Below, one piece after another: positions 22,501-32,426 of a stretch of DNA of 64,000 bases. A program made the position numbers and the translations under genes. This DNA is from a virus. The stretch lies in IMG/VR virus record IMGVR_UViG_3300048580_000526, positions 25,964 through 89,963 of that record; one strand, written 5' to 3'. Positions within the stretch are counted from its first letter, which is position 1. Every line of letters begins with the position of its first letter. The notes under the pieces were generated by a model that saw only the letters and a list, made by a program, of their open reading frames with translations, ran no database searches and was not told the origin of the DNA.

Positions 22501-25500
22501 GGACAATATGAAAGTTTGTTGGGGACTTATAAGGCTGAGATTGGTACACATGGTACTATGATTTATTATTCTTCACCAAATACCATATCTAATACTTGGA
22601 CAGATGGTACTGGACCACAAATTTTTTCATATATGCCAATGAGATACCCAACATTGAATTCTGTTACTGGTATTAATCCAAATACAGGATGGAAATCAAA
22701 AAACAATAATTATATTTTTGAATTAAATTCGAACGTCTTGGCAGTTGATTCAAATGGGCATTATATTGGGAGTTTAAAATTAATCGATTCATCTAAAATC
22801 AACAGTACTACTATTTTGGGTGTGTCGTTAGAGTTGGTTACTCCAACAAATAATATCCATAACGAAGCTTTTACAGTTGAAATTGGTAATGTATTTAAAA
22901 ATAATTATTATACATTCACTACCCCATCATTAGTTTCTAATGATTTGGTGCAATCATTTACATTAAATGATAATATTGCAGGTACAGGTTTGAGACAGAT
23001 TATTATTGGTTCAACACCACATAATTTTAATGCAAAATATAAAATTGGTACACAAATTGTTGGAAAAATTTCAAATATACAAGTTGATATTACACATGCT
23101 TTTGCACAAACAGTTAATCCAGTTACTTTTAGTATTGGTACTTTGGCTGATCCAAACAAATATATTGTGAGTGGTTCTGTTAATATCACTGTTATCAACA
23201 CTGTTGTATTTGATACTTTGCATGAAATATATGAACCAGAAGATATTTATGTGTTTTATGATTTGGGGAATATCCCAGACCAATTGGGTTCAATGAATGT
23301 TGCAATCACCTATAAGAATGAAATTGATTATACCACTAACGTTTTATACACCACCAACGATGATTTGATGATGTACTATAACTTTGGTACTATTTTACCA
23401 TCTGACAACGCCATGGGCACCTTTAGGGTTCATATTACTATTAAAGAAGACAACAGTGATATTATTTGGGTTGATGATGCGAGAACATCTTATGAAATTC
23501 AAAAATCCATCACACCATATTGGGCATCTTACATACCTGCAATGATGGAGACAACAATTTCCTATAACGACCAAAAATATTTTAATGGGAATAAATTCCT
23601 AACAGCATCAACCCCACGTAATCTTTTTAATAATGAAGATAGATTGATTAATAAACAAATTACAAGAATTGAAGTTGAAGTGCAGGAAGCATTTACTAAT
23701 ACATCCACAGTATTTAATGGAAGTTTTGATTATAGTGATTTAGGGTCTGCTAACACTACTGTTATTAACGGGCAATCTTGGATGTACAATGAAATTAATT
23801 TGGTTGGTGAAACATCTAATGCTATGGATGGTGTTGTGACTGATTTACAAATCACCATTGCAAGTCAAGGTTCATTTGTTCGTCCAACAACAATTAAATT
23901 GTTTACACCAAACACTTCTTATGCTGCAGGGGCATTAATTTGTCAAAATGGATTGATTGAAAAAGCAAGAGTTTCATTCACCAGTGGTGCAACATACAAT
24001 CAATCAGATTGGATTCAGATGCCAAAGTTGCAAATGATGATTGGTACAATGTCCAATCCTAATATTGTTTTGAATGAAAATATTATTGATTTGGCTACAG
24101 CTAATGTTACAGATATACCAATGAAAGTTGAAGTAATATCACCAAACGTTGGTTCACCAGAAGCATTGTATGTTTTCTATAACTTCAATCAATATAATAT
24201 TAATACAAGTAACACAAGTGCTGTGACAATTTCTGGTACAATTAAATCATTTGTGAAAATTGGTCATATGTCTGGTAATAATTTTGGGTTCGCCCCAATA
24301 GTTCTCACAGATGAACTAAAAACCACAGGTGTTTACACTTATGCACCAAAATATTATTATGATTCATTATTGAAAACAAATAACTTGCAAATTGGTATAG
24401 TTGGACATGACACATCTACAGGTAAAATCATTGTTCGTGTTACCACATGGGATCAAACATGGGTACAAGATCGTGTTGAAATCAAGAAAATTTCACCAAA
24501 TCAAATTGAATCAGCATTATTATATAATATTGAAACAGATCGTATTGAACGTTATTTGACATATTATGATTTATATAAGGGCATCGTTCCAGGTAATGCT
24601 AATAGGGAAATTTATTACAGAACATTAACAGACCCTGCAAAATACACACATGGAACTGGATTGTCTGACAAAAATATTGACCCAGAACAAGCTTGGGGTA
24701 TGCCAGAGTTGGGCAGAGTTTGGTGGGACTTGTCCACCACACGTGCATTAGAATATGAAATTGGTGATGACTTGCAATACTCTTGGAAAAATTGGGGCAA
24801 GACAGTTCCAAATTCCACTATTGACATTTATGAATGGGTTCGTTCTCCAGTTGCACCAAAAGCATTGGCTGCAGGCAATTCATCATTCAACGCTTCATCC
24901 TATTCAGGGCAATTGGACGGTATCGTTAAAGACGCCGACAATCCATTCTGGGTCGAGAGTAAAGAATTTGACAAGACCGTTGGGACTTTTAAAACTTTTT
25001 ATTATTTCTGGATGAAGAACAAGAACACCGTTCCAGCAGTACCATTTAGAAACGTTTCTGTATCGCAAGTAGCGGCAATGATCTCCAACCCATCTGGGCA
25101 GGACATTCCTTGGTTTGCGCCTATCAACGAAAACTCCATTCTTTTGGGATCGCTAAAACAATACTACACCAATGGTAATATCGTTCTCCAAATCAACTGG
25201 AAAACTGGTACTAACGATGGTAACATCCATCGCCAATGGGTGTTGTTGCGTGAAAACGACCCAATGTCACAAATTGACACAAGACTTTGGAATAAAATGC
25301 GTGACAGTTTAACTGGCTGGGATTCCTATAGCGAGACGGTTGTAAATCTTGATGGAAGCCATTCTGTTGTGTCTACACCAAAACAAGTCCCAGAGCCAAA
25401 TTTGACAATCGTACAAAAATATGGTACACTATATCGTCCTCGTCAAACATGGTTCAAGACTGAAGCTGACAACTCACCATCACGTATGGCAAGAAAAGTG

Positions 25501-28500
25501 TTAGTCCAAAAATTGAATTCATCGTTTATGGACAGGACAACACCATTTGTGGATGACTATGCAGATTTCGTTGAATCGTTAAATGTCAGTTCTCCAATGC
25601 CTGCTGCAAGGTTCAAGCCTGTAGTTAGCCAAAACATTGCATATACTAACACAACATCTCCTATTACTTTGAAGCCAAGTGTTATTGGGTATTTGTCACT
25701 TATAACCATCACAGTGACTACAATGTTCGTCCAAGGTTCTCCAACAATATCTGTTGGTACAGATGCCAATCCAGAATTGTTTGTTCCAAGATCATCTGTT
25801 AATTTAAAAACAACAGGTACTTTTATATTTGGAACAAAACATCTATTGAATAGTAAAACAGATATTAAAATATTCACAGATTTTAATAACTCTATCGCTG
25901 GGGAATTCAAAATTGCAGTGACAACTGTTGAAGCTAACCTTGATGGTTATGATTATGTTGTTGGACCAACTAATGATGGGGTTACCGGTAGAGAAGTTCG
26001 TGATTTACTTCTTTATAACCCAGGATTAAATGATGGTGATAGGGTTCTTGTTACCAATGATATTGACGTTGCAGGGTTCTGGTCATTTTGGGAATGGCAA
26101 AAACCAGCATCATCAAGTGTTGGAAGTTTTGTGATGCTTGGCGTACAAACATATAATATTAATGTTGCAAATGATGATTTTATTGGTTATGTTGATTGGT
26201 ATCGCAATGATTCTACCTACCAAATTACTTCTAACAGCAAACCATTATTTTATTTTGATACCATTGAGGATATGGCTGCTGCAATTGATACTTGGCAAGA
26301 AGGTTCATTGGTCGCTGTTAATAATGTTGATGGGCGTTGGTCTTGGTATATTAGAAGTGTGACTACTATAACACTTGATTTGACTACTGGTTGGGTTCTT
26401 GTTGCAAGACAAAATGGGTCCATTGCATTAAATAGTTCATTTTATAATAACACAACAGTGTTCGCCCCAAAATTTAAAACATTTAGTGAATGGACGATTG
26501 ATTATGATACTATTGTGGCAAGAGATGGTAGTAATGAAATAGTTGAGTTGTTGGATATATTACAAACAAGAACAGATGAAGAATTTAAATTATTCCAAAA
26601 CCAATTATTCTTTACAATGGTGAAATTTGTATTGTCTCAACAACACTTGGTAGATTGGATATTCAAAACATCCTACATTTACATTACAGGGTTGAATCAA
26701 CAACTTGAACAAAATCCAGTCGTTATACCAGACAACACAGAAAGCATTCTTGATTATATCAAGGAAGTGAAACCATATCACACCAAGATCAGGGAATTCA
26801 TTCGTTCATTGGCTACTCCACTTGAGGTCAACACCTATATTGCCACAGACTTTGATAATCCTTCCACTTGGGATGCACCATTGCTTGACAGCACATTCTT
26901 GGGAACCTATCGCTTGGCAAATCCATCTGATTCTGACGCAGCGACTGCTGACGATATTGGACCATATGACGAGAAGACTGTTGCTGGACAAACTGGTTTG
27001 ACAACGAAGCGACCATGGAACGAATGGTGGGCTGCATATTCTGGTAGTGTATCTTTGGCAAACGACGCTACTGGTATGAGAATTGATTATAAAAATAATG
27101 ACAACAGATCACCAAACACAGAGCACTGGAAATATTTGAACACTGTCCGCACCTATAACATGGAGATGACATTTGATAGGGTCCAGACTGACCTTGACAC
27201 ATTGATGGCAAAACCATTTGACCAATGGACCACAGCAGATCACACTTTATTAGCCAACTCTGGTGTAGTGGCAAAAATGTTTGCCCAATACTCTGATTTC
27301 CAAGAAAACTGGGTATATTACAAATCCCTAATAAGCGGTTCACAATTCAGAGGCACTGTAATGGAAGGTGGTGAATTGTTGAATTATGACATTATCGACT
27401 TTGAAAACAATCAATGGGATACTCGTCCATGGTCTGTTTACAATTGGGACGAAACCCAATATAGCGATTCATACCCAACAACCCAAATCAAAAAATTGGT
27501 TTTCTCTTATACAGATTTCACAACCCCAATTACGGGTGTCCCATCAGGGAAGGGAACATGGTATAAGAAACGTATCACAAAAGATTTCGTTGGTATCGTT
27601 ACAGACGTTATATTCTTGGTTGGTACAGGATTTAAGAACGTCCCATTCCAACAAATCACATCATACGTTGGAACCGACGCTGCATTTGATTATTTGGTAG
27701 GAAATTCCACAACATCTTCTGATTTTGCGTTTGAAAACCAAGATTTGACATTTAGTGGGACATTTGTTCACCCAACTTTCACAGAAATCAACACCAAGCA
27801 GGATTTGAACCTTTATGTTCGTCTTGAAGGCACTCCAACAGCTGGTGAAGGTTTTGTGGTTGTGAAGTCGGCAGATAAAGTCCAGCATTTAACCTATACA
27901 GTTGAGATTGATGGTGCCTCTGGGCAATCTGGTTCAAAGATGTTGGTAGCCCATTCCATTGGAAACATTTCGACTGTTAAAGTTACAGTTTTGGAACCAT
28001 TTAGCGCCACAGAAATTCCAAATCTTTCTGTGTCTGTTGGAACACCATACAACCATTCGTCAATATTGGATTCAAGTTTGGTTAATTTATCAAATTATAA
28101 ACAACCAGTGGGCACGTCCTATCCAGGTGAAGTGGTTTACTCCATTGCACAACACAATAGAACACCTGTTAATTTGAACGTATATTATGACTTCCTTCAA
28201 GCAACGGCAGGTAAGATTAAAGTTGAAATTAACATTGATACTGTAAAACAAAAATTGTCCGCCGCAGGTCCACTTGAACCTTATTATGATTTGGGTGTTA
28301 GTGGTGGGACTTTAGAAGGGATTGCCAAGGGTGTTATTGAGCCAGCATATGACCCATTAACTGATAATGATCCAAACATTCTTATTGAAGGTGGAAGATT
28401 TATCCAACCATATATTGAGCAAGATCGTCCAGAAGAATTGGTTCGTTCATTTGTGAATGATATAGCTGCAGTAACTGTTAATACAAACAGTTCTTTTGGA

Positions 28501-31500
28501 TCGCCAATGATCCATATGCAAAGATTTAAAGGAACAGGTTCACCAGGACCATTTAATATTTTCTCTATAGGACAAAGTATTAGTGCTATCATTGTTCATA
28601 AAAACAATAAATTATTAATTGAAAGCGAAGATTATACTATTGATTGGATTAGTATGACTATTACCTTCTTGGATAGTTCTGTCAATTATGGTTCTATAAC
28701 CAATCCATCAACAACTGTTGATTATGGTTCTATAACTGAAGTAGTTACTTCATCTGTTGATTATGGTAACGTTTCTGATATTACAGATTCAGAAAATAAT
28801 TCAAATAATACCAACTTGAACGATGATTATTTGGTAACTACTTTCACTACAGGTGGTGCTCAAGTTCTTCAGGAAGCCACATTTATTGCGCCAACAGATT
28901 ATGTTTTATCAAATAGCATTATCAACGAAAGCGTTTGGGCTAACACTGGGGTAAATAAAAATGCAATAATGGTAACTGTCAACGGTTATATCCCAAGCAG
29001 TTTTGATTTTGATATTATTGAAAATAAAGTTATCGGTATCGTCCCAGAACCAAATATTGGTGATAGGGTCCAAGTAACATTATTTGATTCTGATGTTTAT
29101 AGTGTGGTTAGGGTTGAAAATTTCATTGTTGGTTCTGATCCAGTTGTGTATCCATATGATTTGAATTTGTCATGGCATCAACAATCCACTACCCCTGCAA
29201 GTTCAGCTATCTTGGTTTATAATAATGGTTATAGATTATTGCCACCTGATGTTGAATATTTTGATGGTAATGGTGTGAATAATATATTTGTCATCCCAGC
29301 CCCAAAAACATTAACCAACCTTACAGCAATCATCAATGGTGTGACCACCACAGATTATAAAATCCGCCCATTTAGTGACGTTACCATTAATCTATTATAC
29401 ACCATTACAATAAGTGGTGCTGATTATTTGGCAAATGGATATGTTGAAATACCATTCACCAGTATAACAGGTTCTGTGTGGGACATTGCAAAAGAAATTC
29501 CAAAAGATGCATTGTTTATTATTAAAAATAATCAAGTAATGCAGGATAGAGTTGTTGAGCACGGTAATAGGGTTCGTTTGATTAGATTTGATGAACAACC
29601 AATTGCATCAGATACTATCACTATTGAAGTTTATGATTCGTTTGTTTATCGCTTACCAACATTTGTGAAAGATGGTATCCATTATGACTTTACAAGTTTG
29701 ACCGCTAATTATACCTTTGAATCCAATATTCAAACATCAGACCAATTATATGTTTATGTTGATGGGATTGTTGTTTATAATTATTTTATATCAACACCAA
29801 ATATTCAAACACCAAGTATTAGAAAGTTAACATTCTTTGCCACAGATTCTTCTTGGGATATGGATAATATTGGTATTGATGCTTCGACTTGGGATGGTTT
29901 TGCTTCTTTTATGCCAGGAAAATCAATTCCAACAGCAGTTAATACTGTTAAAATTGTTGTTCTTGATACAAAGTTAAATAATCATGATGTTGAAATAGTA
30001 TTTGACGTAATCCCACCAATGAAGTCGTTGATTGAAGTTACAATTATGGAGAATTATGATTATATCGTTAATGGTGATATTGTAGAAATACAATCACAAG
30101 TTCAACTAACAGAAAAAGATGAGCTACAAGTAATTTCATTCTCTGAAGATTCATCATTTGGTATAAGGACAGAAATTTTTGAAGGAACAGTCGATTCCAC
30201 TTATGATTTGAGTCAAATGCCATATAGCTCCAACGCAATTTGGGCTACAGTTGATCGTTTTGACATGAATAATCCTACAGACCCAACCAAAGGTATGGAT
30301 CAATATCAAACCAAAGACTTTAAAGTATCATATAAAATGGTTGACGAAGGTAATGGTGTGACTAAAGAAGTTGCAGAAGTAAAATTCGGAATACCACATG
30401 CAAGATTATTTAATATTGGTTTGGGGTGGTCAATAAATCCTGGTTCTGAATTAGGAATGGACCAACAATACACTTGGGACAAGAAACCATGGGAAGACCC
30501 AAATTATACATTTGAACCAGATTCAAGCAAGACAGTTGGGCAAACAATTCCAGAACCAGCAGGATTAGTTTATGAACATGGTTGGGAAATGGATGCATGG
30601 GAAGGTGGGTCATCAATTGAGCGTGATAGAGTTTGGATCACATCATTCTCTGGTACACCAAACGTTCCAGCGGTGTCGTTTAGATTGTTTAAGACAAATA
30701 ACGGTACTTGGGAACATATTAGAATATCAGATTCTTATAAGACATATTTGAATAAACCAATTTATACAGCATCAAGGACTATTGAATTGGTAGCCAATCC
30801 TGAAATTCCTGTATCAAACATCCCAGTTGATTTATTAGATATTCCTGCTAATAAACCAGGTGTTATTTGGATTGAAAATGAGCGTATTGAATATAAGAAC
30901 ATGAGTATGTCAATGGTGAACAACCGTCCTGTGTATACATTATCAAATATCACCAGAGGATCGTTGGGAACCCCATCAATGCAATATTTGCGTTATGATA
31001 GACAGCATTATTATGGTGATGGATTGAATAAAGTGTTTATTATTGACCAAAACATTAAAAATAATTTTGATAATTTGGCATTTATAAAATACCAATACAT
31101 CGTTGATAAAATTGTTGATGGGTTTACCTATTATAAAATATATAAAGAAACACGTTTGGAATCAACTGATTATACAATTTATAGAGAAGCTGGTGTATGG
31201 TATGTTAAATTTAATACAGCCCTTCCACAAGCTGTTATTGCCAATCAAGAACCATTCTACCCAATTTATAATGTTAATTCTTATTCTTGGGATAGTAATG
31301 TTATATGGGGTAATGATGTTTGGGATCAAACTGGCACAATACCAAATCCAAATCCAACACCACAACCAACAATTGTGAATACTTATTACCCAACTGTTGT
31401 GATGGTAGGATTTAATAACGAAGCTACTTATATAAACGACGTTTTACAATATGAAGAAGGGACTATGGCAATTAACGGGGCACATATTATTCCTGGTGGC

Positions 31501-31587
31501 TATCATTTTGAAGTGAACCCATCTGGTATTCAACGTAGTGAGTCCGAAATAGCTAAATATTTAATTGCCGAACCTGGAACATTTTGA
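16519..31587 (+). CDS. giant (5022 aa) baseplate wedge / virion structural protein
   Basis: Uninterrupted ORF coupled to the gp6-like gene; conserved-looking blocks THPWEMLGF, FYQGMIHAKG, EEWAFKLGDYG, YIKEVKPYHTKIREF; CBM-like and W-D motifs. Confidence 0.75.
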   Translation: MANNEQLFIYADIIQVPDKRKMIKQLPGVVQTQTLQNFFSATVDHLFQPVQSERVAGYIGQKPSYYDPSKDFYVPELSQERSIYQLEPCATTKNGNSITNAIFFADLLQALRSEGANITNQNRLFEQDYYSWCPPINLDMLINYSQYYWLENGPEPILVKTATDIDTQLVGKTAPDAADLTFGDSGSVKITSGMRIILLNDSNPAYNGKTISIEGVGKSIFIVEFNETDLNSTPWDLFPWDRFDWDLSTLTSSDYIIMERGCKDTNSWARNNHWYHKDVLLASNTSLFTNINKQASRPIICFERNLELYNYGDFRRSSVDLIDVDSQSMDPFNNFHPPQGERWVLLQVDGTLQFINENNGISYQEQIRTLKAQYPEQPEKVQIIKNGSTILFTAIIDSDVKNNKPYLVKIDNPVSTSSVNSWDSEPLDIDVWEESDPDISLSYSEIITGFLRFTPVTDSQDGTAGPNIGDIIKIKFGEYQGKEMWFDGHNWIIAQEKKDVNQEPLFTLYDANPNGNVGVRLDDETRYPGSSFKGNKIFGFLLNTDNRTVTDQYIGKKLTYNEWGEIKYQDFLDIVTDNDLVNTRYTYTKSKYNNQPISGYYFWKIKSDEFYGNNWWTVNETSKQFIVDNFIVTSDQPIINKQTFIGDGVTSSFILNHNVPTKDYLRVVVKDSTTNTNIFYKMDDNSNKVEFYDIPSVGQVITFYHYSKPKSNLEFIISQEPDVNLLLNKQDNLMVYINGKVATPGEHYLLVNQREFDATTPISKIAILQTTDSTNISIMKNTNITVKSYSPLTPDLDINGHYEIPNNLAINPDWSEVSYITSDQFLPQFSAIIKNQPNFSGIEYEANNWRDTIQDRSLGRTIIQHTSPLLRLMISNANDDLDYMKSSRFVETEYTRFKNKFLQKLTKFWIKDFIHVDITSTTEAQRKIVKKAAIDSIMKEINLGKVYKVSPFSYSNMAGMNWFIPPTPSFLGLFPTFKPEKYVDDTYLTPIEVIQCHDGSLLKTFGDYRDEIILELETLIYESIPLKFRDGNPHNAFQYKRYFPGKFRTQLSEYTREEINTISQPMFERWVSENQQSYRPHTGFDYTNLWTYNWSTSTDNLGNPVPGHWRGIFNWFFDTDRPHTHPWEMLGFSESPDWWETYYGPVPYTRGNMNLWEDLEKGIIREGSRAGIDPYYARPGLLNILPVDEYGHLIDPWTAGMLRRKPNYSEAEADWVYGDGSPVETKWKKTSQFPFAMSQIGYLIKPARWMEQCWNPLDDEFIYDQKQLIRKSTLNRSSHSKFTVHGETYNGQLVINYGYQQWITDRLLSNNKSPGSNFGDVIRALGVQLGYKVGGFCNPYTFYADNILGSLPAENINQFLYRSPSVREEIYSGVIIEWTGRSYKVSGYDSINPVFKIIPSDVFGKKVSHDVGGTVTIQPPEWQQGILYNVGDTVMFNYTYYKAIKTNQSTTYFDPTVWVETTLSASLSGTTVFEYLEPIYDRRIETIPYGYEFSSRQDTFDFLVSYQRYLISRGWAFDDIDETTTNEKIDWILSGRLFVQWSLERDKNVGTFIKLSPYAIHAQYKSSFGSIQSIEQVLNGVYSLLDENGFIIEPHDIISMRSDDVMDINLLLNDRSLSSVRLFVSEIEHVILFDNVTVFNDLIFDPLFNQRQVRLKVDGTRTLAWNGRIDAPGYIISDNLIYPNFEKTAKDFLRLYGIEDVVDNVELQNRARHLIGYQERPYLQNLLLSPTTNFQFYQGMIHAKGSRGSMTKLFRSEYVSESRDFKIFEEWAFKLGDYGAIDTNPTMEFYLDPLNGKQITEDPQLVTFNELQNSSSLPAEPSDLDDRYDNIISLYDYFEDGKLVTPDKRWLRRPNGIGNLWEKRDFGFYASDIPNAGPIKLDEVDYFITNTTELLKFSTNLRVDKNKSLTDGERLWIYDTGCGDWSVYRVTGVTSNSASVTSVSLNASIDQDSLCGLDVSTVTLIPNQKMDLTSVHSLVDGQYFVVVEQPKYPLGQYESLLGTYKAEIGTHGTMIYYSSPNTISNTWTDGTGPQIFSYMPMRYPTLNSVTGINPNTGWKSKNNNYIFELNSNVLAVDSNGHYIGSLKLIDSSKINSTTILGVSLELVTPTNNIHNEAFTVEIGNVFKNNYYTFTTPSLVSNDLVQSFTLNDNIAGTGLRQIIIGSTPHNFNAKYKIGTQIVGKISNIQVDITHAFAQTVNPVTFSIGTLADPNKYIVSGSVNITVINTVVFDTLHEIYEPEDIYVFYDLGNIPDQLGSMNVAITYKNEIDYTTNVLYTTNDDLMMYYNFGTILPSDNAMGTFRVHITIKEDNSDIIWVDDARTSYEIQKSITPYWASYIPAMMETTISYNDQKYFNGNKFLTASTPRNLFNNEDRLINKQITRIEVEVQEAFTNTSTVFNGSFDYSDLGSANTTVINGQSWMYNEINLVGETSNAMDGVVTDLQITIASQGSFVRPTTIKLFTPNTSYAAGALICQNGLIEKARVSFTSGATYNQSDWIQMPKLQMMIGTMSNPNIVLNENIIDLATANVTDIPMKVEVISPNVGSPEALYVFYNFNQYNINTSNTSAVTISGTIKSFVKIGHMSGNNFGFAPIVLTDELKTTGVYTYAPKYYYDSLLKTNNLQIGIVGHDTSTGKIIVRVTTWDQTWVQDRVEIKKISPNQIESALLYNIETDRIERYLTYYDLYKGIVPGNANREIYYRTLTDPAKYTHGTGLSDKNIDPEQAWGMPELGRVWWDLSTTRALEYEIGDDLQYSWKNWGKTVPNSTIDIYEWVRSPVAPKALAAGNSSFNASSYSGQLDGIVKDADNPFWVESKEFDKTVGTFKTFYYFWMKNKNTVPAVPFRNVSVSQVAAMISNPSGQDIPWFAPINENSILLGSLKQYYTNGNIVLQINWKTGTNDGNIHRQWVLLRENDPMSQIDTRLWNKMRDSLTGWDSYSETVVNLDGSHSVVSTPKQVPEPNLTIVQKYGTLYRPRQTWFKTEADNSPSRMARKVLVQKLNSSFMDRTTPFVDDYADFVESLNVSSPMPAARFKPVVSQNIAYTNTTSPITLKPSVIGYLSLITITVTTMFVQGSPTISVGTDANPELFVPRSSVNLKTTGTFIFGTKHLLNSKTDIKIFTDFNNSIAGEFKIAVTTVEANLDGYDYVVGPTNDGVTGREVRDLLLYNPGLNDGDRVLVTNDIDVAGFWSFWEWQKPASSSVGSFVMLGVQTYNINVANDDFIGYVDWYRNDSTYQITSNSKPLFYFDTIEDMAAAIDTWQEGSLVAVNNVDGRWSWYIRSVTTITLDLTTGWVLVARQNGSIALNSSFYNNTTVFAPKFKTFSEWTIDYDTIVARDGSNEIVELLDILQTRTDEEFKLFQNQLFFTMVKFVLSQQHLVDWIFKTSYIYITGLNQQLEQNPVVIPDNTESILDYIKEVKPYHTKIREFIRSLATPLEVNTYIATDFDNPSTWDAPLLDSTFLGTYRLANPSDSDAATADDIGPYDEKTVAGQTGLTTKRPWNEWWAAYSGSVSLANDATGMRIDYKNNDNRSPNTEHWKYLNTVRTYNMEMTFDRVQTDLDTLMAKPFDQWTTADHTLLANSGVVAKMFAQYSDFQENWVYYKSLISGSQFRGTVMEGGELLNYDIIDFENNQWDTRPWSVYNWDETQYSDSYPTTQIKKLVFSYTDFTTPITGVPSGKGTWYKKRITKDFVGIVTDVIFLVGTGFKNVPFQQITSYVGTDAAFDYLVGNSTTSSDFAFENQDLTFSGTFVHPTFTEINTKQDLNLYVRLEGTPTAGEGFVVVKSADKVQHLTYTVEIDGASGQSGSKMLVAHSIGNISTVKVTVLEPFSATEIPNLSVSVGTPYNHSSILDSSLVNLSNYKQPVGTSYPGEVVYSIAQHNRTPVNLNVYYDFLQATAGKIKVEINIDTVKQKLSAAGPLEPYYDLGVSGGTLEGIAKGVIEPAYDPLTDNDPNILIEGGRFIQPYIEQDRPEELVRSFVNDIAAVTVNTNSSFGSPMIHMQRFKGTGSPGPFNIFSIGQSISAIIVHKNNKLLIESEDYTIDWISMTITFLDSSVNYGSITNPSTTVDYGSITEVVTSSVDYGNVSDITDSENNSNNTNLNDDYLVTTFTTGGAQVLQEATFIAPTDYVLSNSIINESVWANTGVNKNAIMVTVNGYIPSSFDFDIIENKVIGIVPEPNIGDRVQVTLFDSDVYSVVRVENFIVGSDPVVYPYDLNLSWHQQSTTPASSAILVYNNGYRLLPPDVEYFDGNGVNNIFVIPAPKTLTNLTAIINGVTTTDYKIRPFSDVTINLLYTITISGADYLANGYVEIPFTSITGSVWDIAKEIPKDALFIIKNNQVMQDRVVEHGNRVRLIRFDEQPIASDTITIEVYDSFVYRLPTFVKDGIHYDFTSLTANYTFESNIQTSDQLYVYVDGIVVYNYFISTPNIQTPSIRKLTFFATDSSWDMDNIGIDASTWDGFASFMPGKSIPTAVNTVKIVVLDTKLNNHDVEIVFDVIPPMKSLIEVTIMENYDYIVNGDIVEIQSQVQLTEKDELQVISFSEDSSFGIRTEIFEGTVDSTYDLSQMPYSSNAIWATVDRFDMNNPTDPTKGMDQYQTKDFKVSYKMVDEGNGVTKEVAEVKFGIPHARLFNIGLGWSINPGSELGMDQQYTWDKKPWEDPNYTFEPDSSKTVGQTIPEPAGLVYEHGWEMDAWEGGSSIERDRVWITSFSGTPNVPAVSFRLFKTNNGTWEHIRISDSYKTYLNKPIYTASRTIELVANPEIPVSNIPVDLLDIPANKPGVIWIENERIEYKNMSMSMVNNRPVYTLSNITRGSLGTPSMQYLRYDRQHYYGDGLNKVFIIDQNIKNNFDNLAFIKYQYIVDKIVDGFTYYKIYKETRLESTDYTIYREAGVWYVKFNTALPQAVIANQEPFYPIYNVNSYSWDSNVIWGNDVWDQTGTIPNPNPTPQPTIVNTYYPTVVMVGFNNEATYINDVLQYEEGTMAINGAHIIPGGYHFEVNPSGIQRSESEIAKYLIAEPGTF

Positions 31588-31611
31588 TAAATAGGGTAAA
31601 GGAGAAAATGA

Positions 31612-31779
31612 ATGAGTGATTTTAATGAACATGCAGGGGTAAAGGTTACAGATTTTTTGGTACTCACTGACCCTGATACCAGCGAAGTCCTATACAATGG
31701 GCGTGGAATGATGACTCGTGAAATTGTTGAACAAATTAAAAAAGATATGGAGAATAATGATGTTAATACCAGAAAATAA
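31612..31779 (+). CDS. small (55 aa) putative structural protein, not in the ORF track
   Basis: GGAG RBS and late box at 31586-31593; MSDFNEHAGVKVTDFLVLTDPDTSEVLYNGR... resembles the N-terminus of the next gene. Confidence 0.6.
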   Translation: MSDFNEHAGVKVTDFLVLTDPDTSEVLYNGRGMMTREIVEQIKKDMENNDVNTRK

Positions 31780-32365
31780 AATGGCAGAATTGGCTAAAAC
31801 GGGCATTATAGGGCATTGTAAAATTACTGATGACCTTGGAAATGTTTTGGTTGATAAATATAACTCAATTCATTACGAGAACATGTCCATTGCTTTGGCA
31901 AAATCGTTAGCCCATAAACCAGATGGCACCATTTATACAATGTGGTTTGGTAATGGTGGTGCCACCGTTTCAGGTTCAGGACAAATATCATACCTCCCAC
32001 CAAGAGTTTCTGGTTCAGGTGCAAATTTATATAATCCAACATATTATAAAGTTATTGATAATGAAAGTTCATTGAATACGAACATTGATTTAAATAATAT
32101 GACAATTCAACATACTTCTGGTGCATTATATACAGATATAGTTATAGCTTGTACTTTGGATTTTGGTGAACCAGCATCCCAAGCAGCATTTGATAATGCC
32201 ACTGATTTAAATGCCACTTATGTTTTTTCTGAAATTGGATTGAAGACATTCAACACCACACCATCTGAAGGATTGTTGGTGACACATTTGATATTCTCTC
32301 CTGTGCAAAAATCTCTAAATAGAAAAATCGCAATTCTCTATACCATTAGAATACAGAATGGGTAA
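31757..32365 (+). CDS. baseplate / fibre-attachment structural protein
   Basis: GHCKITD..VLVDKYNSIHYENMSIALA...FSEIGLK..LVTHLIFSPVQKSLNR; GGAG RBS before ATG 31757. Confidence 0.65.
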   Translation: MMLIPENKMAELAKTGIIGHCKITDDLGNVLVDKYNSIHYENMSIALAKSLAHKPDGTIYTMWFGNGGATVSGSGQISYLPPRVSGSGANLYNPTYYKVIDNESSLNTNIDLNNMTIQHTSGALYTDIVIACTLDFGEPASQAAFDNATDLNATYVFSEIGLKTFNTTPSEGLLVTHLIFSPVQKSLNRKIAILYTIRIQNG

Positions 32366-32426
32366 TGTTTCTTGAAATTATTTTGTCTATTTAACTGTGT
32401 AGTTAATAAACAGTTTCAAAATTGAT

